From IMG/VR virus record IMGVR_UViG_3300028048_000078: a stretch of DNA of 64,000 bases; one strand, given 5' to 3'. Below the pieces are notes generated by a model. The model saw only the letters and a program-made list of their open reading frames with translations, was not told the origin of the DNA and searched no databases. Below, piece by piece: positions 1-10,245 of this stretch; the first letter of the stretch is position 1, and the number at the start of each line of letters is the position of its first letter. Made by a program: the position numbers and the translations under genes. The DNA is from an uncultured virus (IMG/VR IMGVR_UViG_3300028048_000078). Lineage: Duplodnaviria > Heunggongvirae > Uroviricota > Caudoviricetes.

Positions 1-87
1 ACAGTGTATACATGAAGATGGTACTTGTTGGTGGGATTATGGCTCTCATACATGTTTCTACTATTTTGTACCAAAGGAGGTAGAATA

Positions 88-420
88 ATGACAGGATTGT
101 TTGGTGAGTTTGAGGCAACTAAGCCAAAGAAAAAGAAACCTACTTTATTAGATATGGCTAAAGAGAAGTTTGGTGATGATGCTGAGTTGATGAAAGAGAT
201 TGAGCTTTATTTGAAGTCACGGAGACAGGCACACAATTATCCTAGTAAGGTTAGTTGGGAGATGCAGTTAAATCTCTTAGAGCAGGTGTGGCCAGAAAAG
301 AGAGCAAGTCAAGTTAGAACTTCAACTCTTAGAGGTTATAGACAGATTGCTTTTGATAATAGTGATAAGGTAAATAATAAGAAAGCAAACCCAAATACAA
401 GATGTAAGGAAGGATTTTGA
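88..420 (+). CDS. hypothetical phage protein
   Basis: AAAGGAGG RBS at 73-80 precedes ATG at 88, so the ORF-track start at 25 is probably too early; no recognisable motif. Confidence 0.7.
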   Translation: MTGLFGEFEATKPKKKKPTLLDMAKEKFGDDAELMKEIELYLKSRRQAHNYPSKVSWEMQLNLLEQVWPEKRASQVRTSTLRGYRQIAFDNSDKVNNKKANPNTRCKEGF

Positions 421-424
421 TAAG

Positions 425-901
425 ATGAGTGATTTGATGGATTGGGCTAAAGACGAACTTAAGCTGTGGAATACTGATGAAGATGCGTTTGGTGAAATGA
501 TGTCTAGTGATGTACTAGAAGCTCTTGAAGTACTTTGTAGTCAAGGTCAGTCAGCCCCAATTGTAATGAGAATAATTCAGAGACTTTGGTCATGGAAACC
601 TCTTACACCACTTACAGGTGAAGATAATGAGTGGAATGAGGTTGGCGGTGGACAATATCAAAATAAGCGTTGTCCTTCTGTATTTAAAGATGGGGAGACT
701 GGTAAAGCTTACTATTTAGATGGTAGGGTATTTGTAGAGCCAGATGGTACTACGTTTACTTGTGCTTTATCTTCTGTAGATGTTGATTTTCCTTTTACCG
801 TTCCAGATAAACCAGTATATGTATATTTAAAGCATAGCACAGATAAGAAAGAAGTAGACGACCAGTGGCGTGATGGTGATTATGAAATTAAGAAAGATTA
901 A
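425..901 (+). CDS. conserved phage hypothetical protein
   Basis: 158 aa ORF abutting the upstream gene; PLTPLTGEDNEWNE..QNKRC.SVFK block resembles recurrent phage hypotheticals. Confidence 0.7.
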   Translation: MSDLMDWAKDELKLWNTDEDAFGEMMSSDVLEALEVLCSQGQSAPIVMRIIQRLWSWKPLTPLTGEDNEWNEVGGGQYQNKRCPSVFKDGETGKAYYLDGRVFVEPDGTTFTCALSSVDVDFPFTVPDKPVYVYLKHSTDKKEVDDQWRDGDYEIKKD

Positions 902-1041
902 TTGGATTAGAGCTAAGATGTTACAACGTAGATACTTTGTAAATAGAATGTGTTCAGATAAGGGAATTGTATCACATAAAGGTAGAAAAGGCATGTTTAA
1001 ACTTTACGATTATTTGTATAAGTTTTGTTTGGAGATTAGTG

Positions 1042-1482
1042 ATGTATATGGATAACAGGGAATTAATTAAAGAATACCCATTTCTTTTACCTAGAAATGT
1101 ATTTACTGATAGAGTATCAGATACTTATGACTATAGTTATACATTATTGGACGATATGCCTAAAGGTTGGAAAAGGGCGTTTGGCGAACAGCTCTGTAAG
1201 GAACTTAAGAAGGTATTAGTCAAAGATAACCTATTAGATGATTATAGGGTAACACAGATTAAGGAGAAGTTTGGGCAGTTGCGTTGGTATGATAACTGTG
1301 GCTCAGAGAAGTTATATAAGGTTATAGATAAGTATGAGTCATTAAGTGAGCATATTTGCATTGAGTGTGGTAGTAAGGGTAAAATGCAAGATTTGTTTGG
1401 TTGGATTTCGCCTTACTGTGATGATTGTTACAAAAAAGTTAAAAGAAGAGCAGAGGAACGCTTGACAAAATATTCTAAATAG
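1042..1482 (+). CDS. conserved phage hypothetical protein with C-terminal zinc ribbon
   Basis: GGAG RBS at 1031; QIKEKFGQLRWY motif and CxxC...CxxC. Confidence 0.7.
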   Translation: MYMDNRELIKEYPFLLPRNVFTDRVSDTYDYSYTLLDDMPKGWKRAFGEQLCKELKKVLVKDNLLDDYRVTQIKEKFGQLRWYDNCGSEKLYKVIDKYESLSEHICIECGSKGKMQDLFGWISPYCDDCYKKVKRRAEERLTKYSK

Positions 1483-1506
1483 TGTAAAATAAAGGAGTAG
1501 TAAGAA

Positions 1507-1674
1507 ATGAACACAACAGATAATGCAATTAATGAGGCTTTAAGTGCAGTAGAGATAGCTAGAAATCAGCTTGATAATTGTGATGAAGATATGTTAGATT
1601 CAGCTATATTTAATTTAAGTTCAGCAGAAGCTAAATTAAACGCATTAATAGCAAGAAGGAGAGTTGAAAAATGA
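1507..1674 (+). CDS. small protein, possibly YaaL/DUF2508-like (not in ORF track)
   Basis: Promoter TTGACA-17-TAAAAT (1462-1490), AAGGAG RBS, 55 aa MNTTDNAINEALSAVEIARNQLDNCDEDMLDSAIFNLSSAEAKLNALIARRRVEK; stop overlaps dut start (ATGA); family resemblance is by eye only. Confidence 0.5.
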   Translation: MNTTDNAINEALSAVEIARNQLDNCDEDMLDSAIFNLSSAEAKLNALIARRRVEK

Positions 1675-2114
1675 GAAAGTTTGCAATTTGTGAAGGATAT
1701 GAGGATAAAGCTACTATGCCTAAACGAGGCACTAAGGGTTCAGCAGGATATGATTTGACATCTATTAATGAAATTCCTGTAGATATACAGCCTGGGGAAA
1801 CAGTAAAATTTATTACAGGTATTAAAGCATACATGGAATCTGATGAGGTACTTATGATTCATGTACGCAGTTCTGTGGGAATTAAGAGAGGCTTGGTGCT
1901 TGCCAATACTACAGGGGTTATAGATAGTGATTATGTAAACAGTACCAATGGGGGAAATATTATCATAGCGTTATATAATAATTCTGGGTATACACAAACA
2001 ATACAGCCGAAAGAGCGTATAGCTCAAGCCATTTTCATGAAGTACCTTATTACTGATAATGATGATGCTAGTGGTGTCCGTACTGGTGGAATAGGGAGTA
2101 CAGGAAATGTATAA
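1671..2114 (+). CDS. dut: trimeric dUTPase
   Basis: Motifs SAGYDL, RSS, GVIDSDY, ERIAQ and C-terminal RTGGIGSTG. Confidence 0.96.
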   Translation: MRKFAICEGYEDKATMPKRGTKGSAGYDLTSINEIPVDIQPGETVKFITGIKAYMESDEVLMIHVRSSVGIKRGLVLANTTGVIDSDYVNSTNGGNIIIALYNNSGYTQTIQPKERIAQAIFMKYLITDNDDASGVRTGGIGSTGNV

Positions 2115-2955
2115 GAAACCATATTCCAAAGACCTTACTGATAAGCAGTTTGGTAAATTAACTGTTAAATATTATGTCGGTAAGAATAAGCGAGGGTGTA
2201 GTATTTGGCATTGTGAATGTGACTGTGGTAATGAGGTCGATGTTATTAGCTCTAGTTTGACCAGTGGGCATACAAAATCTTGTGGTTGTTTGCATAGTAA
2301 GAACATCACATTTAGGAAACCTTTGGCTGGTAAGGTTTTTAATCAAATTGAGGTGCTAGAGGATTATACTGACTTTGAGTATACTGGTTCTAATAGACAC
2401 TTTGTTAAGTGTCGTTGTCTTGTTTGTGGTACGGAGTTTACTACTAAAGCAACTGATTTATCTTGGAAATATTCATGTGGTTGTTCTACACTTAGGGGTA
2501 AGTCTAATATAACTCATGGTGAATCCAAAACACCATTTTATACCATATATAGGGGCATTAAGAGTAGGTGTTCTTCGCCTAGTGATACCAATTACAGTAA
2601 GTATGGTGCTAAAGGTATTAAATGTTTGTGGGGTACTTATGAGGAATTTAGGTCTGATATGTATGATAGTTATTTGGCTCATGTAGAGCAGTTTGGTAGG
2701 GAGAATACATCTATTGATAGGATAGATGTAAATGGGGATTACTGCAAAGAAAATTGTCGTTGGGCTACAATAGAAGAGCAAGCCAATAATAAGCACAGCA
2801 ATAAATTTTACACTTATTTGGGTGAAACACATACAATATCAGAGTGGGAAAGGCTGTATGGTATTAAGCGAGGAACTTTATGGGCAAGATTAAATGTGCA
2901 GGGTTTGGGTATAGGAGAAGCTTTAGACGGTTATAGTAGGTTATCTAAGGTGTGA
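2107..2955 (+). CDS. free-standing HNH-type homing endonuclease with Cys-rich N-terminal repeats
   Basis: Two CxCxxCG...SCGC-type repeats, then YGAKGI and SIDRIDVNGDYCKENCRWAT..EQANN. Confidence 0.85.
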   Translation: MYKKPYSKDLTDKQFGKLTVKYYVGKNKRGCSIWHCECDCGNEVDVISSSLTSGHTKSCGCLHSKNITFRKPLAGKVFNQIEVLEDYTDFEYTGSNRHFVKCRCLVCGTEFTTKATDLSWKYSCGCSTLRGKSNITHGESKTPFYTIYRGIKSRCSSPSDTNYSKYGAKGIKCLWGTYEEFRSDMYDSYLAHVEQFGRENTSIDRIDVNGDYCKENCRWATIEEQANNKHSNKFYTYLGETHTISEWERLYGIKRGTLWARLNVQGLGIGEALDGYSRLSKV

Positions 2956-3510
2956 ATGGTATTGAAATTAGAAGTTGAAACTTATGAGACAATGCCTTGT
3001 GAGCTTCAAACCTTTAGAATAAATGGTGTTGATGCAGAGCTAGAAGATTTTGGCATGGTCGTAAAAGAAGAATTTGATGGTTATGAATGTACTGATATTA
3101 GGTTTGAGGAAACTAATCAACCACCTCTAGGTAAGTATGGCTTAACCTATGAGGATTATGATGAAATTTGTCAAGTATTATCAAGTACATTCAAAATCGG
3201 AAGGTGCGATTGGTGTAGGTAATGAAAGTAAAAGTAGAAGGAACTAACGGAACAGTAAATGTATATTATTTAACTAATATTGATAGAATTCGTTTTCGTA
3301 ATGACACTATTCAAGTAGTTATATTAGATAATAGAGTGGTAACATTTAAAAAGCATAAGTCTTATAATACATCTGATTGGGGTGTTTTGACACATCAATT
3401 ACAGTCAGAGATAGATTTTACTTTGATAACTAAGCATAGTAAATTTGAAGAGACAAGAATTGTTAATGGTATAACCAACACGACTATACATTTGAAGGGA
3501 TAAAAGGACA

Positions 3511-4293
3511 ATGATTGAAATTTTGAATGAGGATTGTGATGTAACTTTATCAACATTGGATAAGTGCGTTGATGTTATTTTAACATCTCCACCATATAAT
3601 GTAGGTAAATCAGCAACATCAGAGACAGCGAGAAATAATTTTGATGGTAAGTACGATATTTATTTGGACTCTAAGACATCAGAAGAGTATTGTAATTGGT
3701 GTGTAAGATTATTTAATAACTTTAATTCTGTACTTAAGGAGAATGGTGTTGTTATTTGGAATGTATCTTATGGTGGCAATACTAAGCTAAATAAGGATTG
3801 TAATGATTTGGTTTGGCTTGTTATTGCAGATATCATCAGAAATACACCATTTACTGTAGCTGATAGAATTATTTGGAAGAAGAAGTCAGCTTTACCTAAC
3901 AATGTGAGTCCAAACAGTCTGACACGAATTGTAGAAGATGTGTTTGTATTTTGTCGTAAGGGCGAGACTAAGACTTATCATGCTAACAAGGAATTGGCTT
4001 CTGTTGGTAAGAATGGTCAGCAGTTCTATGTACCTATCTATAATTTTATTGAAGCTAAGAACAATGATGGTGCTTGTAAGTTAAATAAGGCAACCTTTAG
4101 TTCAGAATTAGTTGTTAAGCTTTTGGAGATTTATGCACCTAAAGGTGGTATGGTTTATGACCCATTTATGGGCACAGGCACTACAGCCGTTGGTTGCTTA
4201 AAGTATGGTTGTAATTGTATTGGCTCAGAGCTTTCTGAGGCACAGTGCGAGTTTGCTAAAGAGAGGTTGAACGACAATGGTTATAATGATTGA
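3511..4293 (+). CDS. beta-class N4-cytosine/N6-adenine DNA methyltransferase
   Basis: Catalytic TSPPY near the N-terminus and SAM-binding YDPFMGTGTT near the C-terminus. Confidence 0.92.
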   Translation: MIEILNEDCDVTLSTLDKCVDVILTSPPYNVGKSATSETARNNFDGKYDIYLDSKTSEEYCNWCVRLFNNFNSVLKENGVVIWNVSYGGNTKLNKDCNDLVWLVIADIIRNTPFTVADRIIWKKKSALPNNVSPNSLTRIVEDVFVFCRKGETKTYHANKELASVGKNGQQFYVPIYNFIEAKNNDGACKLNKATFSSELVVKLLEIYAPKGGMVYDPFMGTGTTAVGCLKYGCNCIGSELSEAQCEFAKERLNDNGYND

Positions 4294-4797
4294 GAATAAT
4301 AAGACTGATGAGGTAAAGCTTCTCCATATTCGTGATATAGTTTCCATAGATTATAACCCTGCAAATGATGATTTTGCAGAGCAGTTGGCTATTGAAACAA
4401 GAGATGGGTTTAGATATATCTTTGTAGATTATGCAAATTGTGATACTCTTCATGATATTTTAGATAAGTATTATGAAGATGAAGATGGGCGTGTCTATGT
4501 AGATGTAGAGAAGTTTAGGGTTAATGATGAGATGGACAGTAAAATGTTTATCCATTTAGATGAAGGAGTTGAATATTAATATGGCATTGAGTGAAAGAGC
4601 AAGAGCTAAGATTATGAAGAGTGAGTATGATGGAGTAAGAACACCTTATGTTCTTTTGAAGTCTCAGTTTAAGGCAGAGGAAAGAAAGATTAAGGCTCAG
4701 ATGCATGAGCTTGAAAAGAAACATAAGCACTGATTCTTACATGGAATGGGTGTGCTAACTATAGCACACCTTTGTTCTATTTGTAGGAGTGATTTAA

Positions 4798-5397
4798 TTG
4801 TTTTTCAGCAAATACTATAAGTATATCATTGTTGTTATAGTAGTGGCAGTAATAGCACTCATTGGCTATATGTTGTGGGACAAGTTTACAGCACAAGAAG
4901 TAACGGGAATGTCTCAGACACAAGCAGAAACAGAGGTTGGCGTAAAGAAAGCTGCCGATAATGCACATATAACAATAAACACAGACCAAGCTAAACAAGT
5001 AGCTGAGCGAATACAAATCATTAGGGAAACCAAGGAAGTGCCTGTATATGTTGAGAAAACTACAGGTAAAGATGTAGAAAAGGTTAGTAAACAGTATGTA
5101 AAGGATAGCGGAGCTGATTTTGCTATTGTTACTGATGCTAATGATAAGGATAAGGAAGTTAATCTTAAGGAAATTCCTGCGGATAAAGAAGTGGTTCTAC
5201 AACAGTACAATATTAATGCTTACAAGAAGTATATTCAGCAAGTAGAGGTTGGTAAGTCTACAGATGGGTATACTGAATTGGGTTATACTATTAATAGGAA
5301 GATTACTGATGATGGTAAGTATTTAGGTATTGGTGTGTCTAATGAGTGGAACAGCTCAGAGAATAGAACTTTTATTAAATTAGTTTATTCTTGGTAA
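4798..5397 (+). CDS. membrane-anchored protein with C-terminal amphipathic beta strands
   Basis: TTG start with AGGAG RBS; N-terminal hydrophobic helix IIVVIVVAVIALIGYMLW; C-terminus ends TFIKLVYSW. Confidence 0.75.
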   Translation: MFFSKYYKYIIVVIVVAVIALIGYMLWDKFTAQEVTGMSQTQAETEVGVKKAADNAHITINTDQAKQVAERIQIIRETKEVPVYVEKTTGKDVEKVSKQYVKDSGADFAIVTDANDKDKEVNLKEIPADKEVVLQQYNINAYKKYIQQVEVGKSTDGYTELGYTINRKITDDGKYLGIGVSNEWNSSENRTFIKLVYSW

Positions 5398-5566
5398 TAA
5401 AAGTTATTGACATTATGTAGTTTTAGTGGTATAATAAACCTATATTAAGATAAGGAAGTGATATTTAGATGAACAGTGCAGTTATTATGTTTGCAGGATT
5501 TATTTGCGGTTGGGTAGTTACTGAACTTGCTTATGCAATCAAGAACAAGAAGAAGGAGAACTAATT

Positions 5567-6205
5567 TTGGAGATTTTACAGAACAGTGTAGAGATTTTAG
5601 ACACAGCACCAAGCTATGAAGATGTGCTTATGACCTTTAACAAGGCAGCACGAAATTGTTATCAGTCTGAGACACCAGACAATGCTAATATGGAGTCAGC
5701 AGAGAAGTTGGCTAGAGGCTTAATTAAATCTGGGCATCTTGCAACTATGGAGATGAACTCTATTCCAGTACATTTTGTGGCAGACCGTTCATTTATGGGG
5801 CAGTTAACACGCCATAGAATGATGAGTTTTTGCATTGAGTCTGGCAGATATAACAATTACAAAGATGGGATTAAGGTAATTCCACCTGTAGATATGACTA
5901 ATGAGGGTTATGCTTTTTGGAGAGCACAGTGCTTGATGTCAGAGGGAGCTTATGCTGAGCTTATTGAACATGGTTGTAAACCAGAGACAGCAAGAAGTGT
6001 TTTGCCTATGTGTTTAGCTACATCTATTGTTTGTAGTGCAAACATTAGAGAGTGGCGACATGTCTTTGAGCTTAGATGCGATTCCCACAGTCAGATTGAT
6101 ATTAGAACAACTATGCTTGAATTGTTGGGCAAGATGTATGAGAAGTATCCTGTATTTTTTGAGGATTTAGCTGAAAAATTTCTTGACATTAAGAAAGAAG
6201 CTTGA
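5567..6205 (+). CDS. thyX: FAD-dependent thymidylate synthase
   Basis: RHR-x7-S signature (RHRMMSFCIES), GH motif, ETARSVLP, NIREWRH..LR. Confidence 0.95.
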   Translation: MEILQNSVEILDTAPSYEDVLMTFNKAARNCYQSETPDNANMESAEKLARGLIKSGHLATMEMNSIPVHFVADRSFMGQLTRHRMMSFCIESGRYNNYKDGIKVIPPVDMTNEGYAFWRAQCLMSEGAYAELIEHGCKPETARSVLPMCLATSIVCSANIREWRHVFELRCDSHSQIDIRTTMLELLGKMYEKYPVFFEDLAEKFLDIKKEA

Positions 6206-6737
6206 TATAATATAGCTAAGAGGTGATAAATATGTGGGTAGAGAATACGCATTTATGGAATGATTACCACAATGGCTGTGAAGAAGAGAATTGGCAAGAC
6301 CAAGACCCATTTGAGCAGGATAAAGAAAAAGATATTTTTGATGATTACACGGAGGACATTTATAGTGACTACAGAAGCAGTATATTTTAAGAAACTTTTA
6401 GATGAGGGTAAGATTAATAAGGAAGATGCTTTGGCTTTCTACATGGATAAGTGTAAGGAGCTTGAAGAAGAGCTTAAGGTAACTCGTAAGGCTCTTGATG
6501 ATGCTAAGAAGGGCAATAAAGTTTGCACCTGCAAGACTGAGGATATGGATGAGGATTCTCGACAGGCACTTAAGGAGCTTGCTGACCTTCTTGATGGCAT
6601 TGAATTCCATTATCGTTAATTATGGAAACATTACTTTTATTTATTATTGCTTGGGGTGTGTGGGCTACACACACCCATGTAAGCAATATTGATAAAACTA
6701 TTCGTAAGTTAATTGAAGATGAGAAGGAGATTAAAAG

Positions 6738-7220
6738 ATGATTATTGCTATTGCAGGAGTTATTTTTATAGCTACAGTACTTGTATTCTTGGGTGCTATG
6801 GCAAAGGCTGTACAGGTTGGCAAAGAACATAGAAGTGAGTTTATTGCGGTAGGTATTATTTCCTTGATTATTGGTTCTGCATTTAGTGGAGCTATTGCAT
6901 TTGGTTATCCTACATACCTTGTATGGCAACAGGAGCAGGAAGGTAGAGCAGAGCTGGCCAAGGCAGAACAGAATAGACAGATTGCTATTCAAGAGGCTAG
7001 AGCCAAGGAAGAGTCTGCTATTAGTTTAGCTAATGCTAAGAGAACAGAAGCACAGGGTATTGCAGATGCTAATGAGACTATTATTAAGAGTCTTAAGACA
7101 CCAGAGCTTTATATTCAGTATTTGTGGACTGAGGCATTGAAGTCTGGTAGCAATCAGACTGTGTATATTCCTTCTAATGCAGGTATTCCTGTTACAGAGG
7201 CAAATAGATTAGGTAACTAA
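6738..7220 (+). CDS. membrane protein with SPFH/band-7-like coiled-coil C-terminus
   Basis: Two hydrophobic segments, then Ala/Glu-rich coil (AELAKAEQNRQIAIQEARAKEE, EAQGIADAN) and YIQYLW..YIPSNAGIP tail. Confidence 0.6.
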   Translation: MIIAIAGVIFIATVLVFLGAMAKAVQVGKEHRSEFIAVGIISLIIGSAFSGAIAFGYPTYLVWQQEQEGRAELAKAEQNRQIAIQEARAKEESAISLANAKRTEAQGIADANETIIKSLKTPELYIQYLWTEALKSGSNQTVYIPSNAGIPVTEANRLGN

Positions 7221-7252
7221 CTACTGGTGGTGGCTTGCCATAAAATGAGCTA

Positions 7253-7284
7253 GGAACTACTCATTAATTTGGGTAGTTCTTTTT
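7253..7284 (+). terminator. intrinsic terminator
   Basis: GGAACTACTCA / TGGGTAGTTCT stem followed by T tract. Confidence 0.8.
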
Positions 7285-7652
7285 ATTTTACAAAAAAGTT
7301 ATTGACATTAGTTAATGTAGGTGGTACAATATAGATACATTGAAGGGAGAGATAGCTCATGTATGGTATAGTTTTAGGGTTTACAGATTATGTAAATAAT
7401 ATTAATGGCCCGATAGGTAGATGTTATGTTGCGGATAGTATACCCAACCTTATTAGTATGGTGGATAAATTAAGAGATGATTATATAAGTAAGGGTTATA
7501 AAGTCCAAAGAAATGTGCAAGCAGAAGAAATAGTTGATGAGCGTTATGTTCTATTCTATAAGGGCAAAAGAGATGAAAATGGTTGGCTACATTATGAGGA
7601 TGTAATCGAATTACTCATTGTGTGGGAAGTTAAAATGAATGAGGTGTAAACT

Positions 7653-9944
7653 ATGAGAACAATGTTTATTTTGCGTGGAGCGCCAGGTGTTGGCAAAGAT
7701 TATTGGGTTGACCAGAATGGTCTTAGACCATATACTATTTCAGCAGATGATATTAGATTGCTTTATCAGAGTCCAGTACTTAATTCTGATGGTGAAGAGA
7801 TAATTTCACAGGAGAATGATGGTGAGGTTTGGAAGTTGCTCTTTCAGTTGCTTGAAGGTCGTATGCAGAGAGGTGAGTTCATTGTAATTAATGCTACTCA
7901 TTATCGTAACTCTATGATTAGCAGATATAAGGATTTAATTCATAAATATAGATACAGAGCTTATGTAGTAGATTTTAGTGATGTTCCTTTGGAGACTATT
8001 CTTGAAAGAAATAGAACTAGGGATGCTTTTAAGTTTGTGCCAGAAGAGCATATCCGTAAGGTTTATGGTTTATTGCAGATTAAGAATAAGCCACAATCTT
8101 ATGCTAAGCTTATCACAAGAGATGAAGCAGTAGGGCTTTTACATCAGCAGATTTTTGATTATAATGAGTATAAGAATGTCTTTATTTTTGGTGATATTCA
8201 TGGTTGCTATGAGCCATTAGATGTATTCTTTAAGACATTCCCATTTAGTGAAGAAAATGCTTATATCTTTACGGGTGACTATATTGATAGAGGTATTCAG
8301 AATAAGGAAGTATTAGAGTTTCTTATGGGGCTGGCCAAGCATAAGAATGTGTTGTTGCTTGAAGGAAATCATGAGCACTCTTTGAGACTCTATGCTAATG
8401 ATGAAACTACTATTGAGCCTGTAGATAAAGAAGATGCAAAAATTCTTAAGAAGTATAATCGTGAATTATTGAAGAACATTAATAACAATAAGGTAAGAAG
8501 TCACAGATTTATTACTGAAACAGTTGAGCAGATTAAAGATATTCCTCGTAAGGACTTAAGAACATTCTGTGATAGACTTGGGCAGATGGCATATATTACA
8601 TTTAGGGGTAAGAATTATTTTATCTGTCATGGTGGTATTCCATGTTTGCCTACAATCTTTACACCAACTTATCAGCTTATTCAAGGTGTGGGTAGATATG
8701 AAGATACTATTGAGCTGTATGAGCATTGGTATGATAAAGAGACTGTTATGGTTCATGCACATAGAAATGTATTGAGCCACCCAATTAAGGTAGAGGATAA
8801 TATCTATAATCTTTGTGATGAGATTGAGAGCGGTGGAAATCTTAGAATACTGCATTTGCATGATACAGGTGTAATTGTTCCTTTGTTTATTAAGAATAAT
8901 ACTTATGCTGAGCGTACAGTAGGTAAGCCTGTATTAGATGAGGTAGTTACTGATGAAAGTTCATTAAGTGAAGCTGACTTAATTATTAAGAGACTCAATG
9001 ATTCTAGGTATGTAAAGCGTAAGGACTTTGGTAAGATTTCTTCTTATAACTTTACACAAGAAGCTTTTAAGAAGGGTAAGTGGAATGAACAGACCTGTAA
9101 GGCTAGAGGATTGTTTGTTTATAATGATACTAATGAAATTGCTTTGAGAAGTTATCCTAAGTTCTTTAATTATAAGGAGAGGGAAGAAACTACACTTGAT
9201 GCACTTAAGAAGAATCTTGTATTTCCTTTGAAGTGTTATCGTAAGGAGAATGGCTTCTTAGCTTTAATTAGTTATGACCATGAGGCTGATGAGATGTTGT
9301 TTGCTTCTAAATCTTCTTTAAGTGGTGACTATGTTGAATATATTAAAGATATCTATAGCAGATTGCCACAGAAGAACAGAGAAGGTATTGAAGCTATGGT
9401 AAAGAATAACAAGGTGACTTTGGTGTTTGAATGTGTGTGCCATAAAGATAATACACATCCAATTTGGTATATGTATGAACACTTTTATTTACTTGATATT
9501 ATATATAATACATTTAATTTCAATAAACTTCCTTATGAGAAGGTTAAGGAGTTTGCTGATGAATATAATATTGAGGTTAAAGAGTTGGTTGATACATTTG
9601 ACACCTTTGAAGAGTTCTTTACCTTTAAGAAGTCAGTTGATTCTATGAGTCCTAATGCAAAGAAACCTTCACATGAAGGATTTGTGTTTGAAGATGCTAC
9701 AGGATATATGTTCAAGTATAAGTTACCGTTCTATAGATTTTGGAAGTCTATGCGTGGAATGTTAAATAAGTTGCAGGGTAAGAACAGAGTTGAGGCAGAA
9801 GCTAAGATGGTATTCCGTGAAGAAAGAGATGTTAAGGTATTTGGTATTCTTAGCAATATTGCTGACTTAAGTGATTTAACTATAGTTGATGTAGAGCGAA
9901 TGTTCTATGGAGATGAATTAGTTCCAGTAGATAGGAGAGATTGA
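7653..9944 (+). CDS. trifunctional RNA repair enzyme: polynucleotide kinase + metallophosphoesterase + Rnl1-like RNA ligase
   Basis: P-loop GAPGVGKD; calcineurin-like GDIHG, GDYIDRG, GNHE, HGG; ligase SYPKFFN, motif I KENG, EGFV, KYK. Confidence 0.9.
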   Translation: MRTMFILRGAPGVGKDYWVDQNGLRPYTISADDIRLLYQSPVLNSDGEEIISQENDGEVWKLLFQLLEGRMQRGEFIVINATHYRNSMISRYKDLIHKYRYRAYVVDFSDVPLETILERNRTRDAFKFVPEEHIRKVYGLLQIKNKPQSYAKLITRDEAVGLLHQQIFDYNEYKNVFIFGDIHGCYEPLDVFFKTFPFSEENAYIFTGDYIDRGIQNKEVLEFLMGLAKHKNVLLLEGNHEHSLRLYANDETTIEPVDKEDAKILKKYNRELLKNINNNKVRSHRFITETVEQIKDIPRKDLRTFCDRLGQMAYITFRGKNYFICHGGIPCLPTIFTPTYQLIQGVGRYEDTIELYEHWYDKETVMVHAHRNVLSHPIKVEDNIYNLCDEIESGGNLRILHLHDTGVIVPLFIKNNTYAERTVGKPVLDEVVTDESSLSEADLIIKRLNDSRYVKRKDFGKISSYNFTQEAFKKGKWNEQTCKARGLFVYNDTNEIALRSYPKFFNYKEREETTLDALKKNLVFPLKCYRKENGFLALISYDHEADEMLFASKSSLSGDYVEYIKDIYSRLPQKNREGIEAMVKNNKVTLVFECVCHKDNTHPIWYMYEHFYLLDIIYNTFNFNKLPYEKVKEFADEYNIEVKELVDTFDTFEEFFTFKKSVDSMSPNAKKPSHEGFVFEDATGYMFKYKLPFYRFWKSMRGMLNKLQGKNRVEAEAKMVFREERDVKVFGILSNIADLSDLTIVDVERMFYGDELVPVDRRD

Positions 9945-9945
9945 T

Positions 9946-10179
9946 TTGCGTAAGTTACCTAAAGCAGGAGAGATTTGGCAACACTTTAAGGGCAAGTGTT
10001 ATCTTATTATTGAGGGAGAAGTTGAGCATACTGAGACAGGAGAGAAATTTGTAGTTTATAGACAGCTTTATCCACCATTTGGTACATATTGTAGACCTGT
10101 AGATATGTTTATGTCTAAGACTGATAAGGATAAGTACCCCGATGCAGTACAGGAAAATCGCTTTGAGCGTGTAGGCTAA
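9946..10179 (+). CDS. DUF1653-family protein
   Basis: HFKG..Y, HTETGE..VVYRQLY, RPVDMFMS, DKYP..Q..RF. Confidence 0.85.
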   Translation: MRKLPKAGEIWQHFKGKCYLIIEGEVEHTETGEKFVVYRQLYPPFGTYCRPVDMFMSKTDKDKYPDAVQENRFERVG

Positions 10180-10245
10180 AAATTATGGGGACTGTGTTGA
10201 CAGCCCCCTAAATTTATGGTATAATGTAATGTGTGAGGTGATAAA

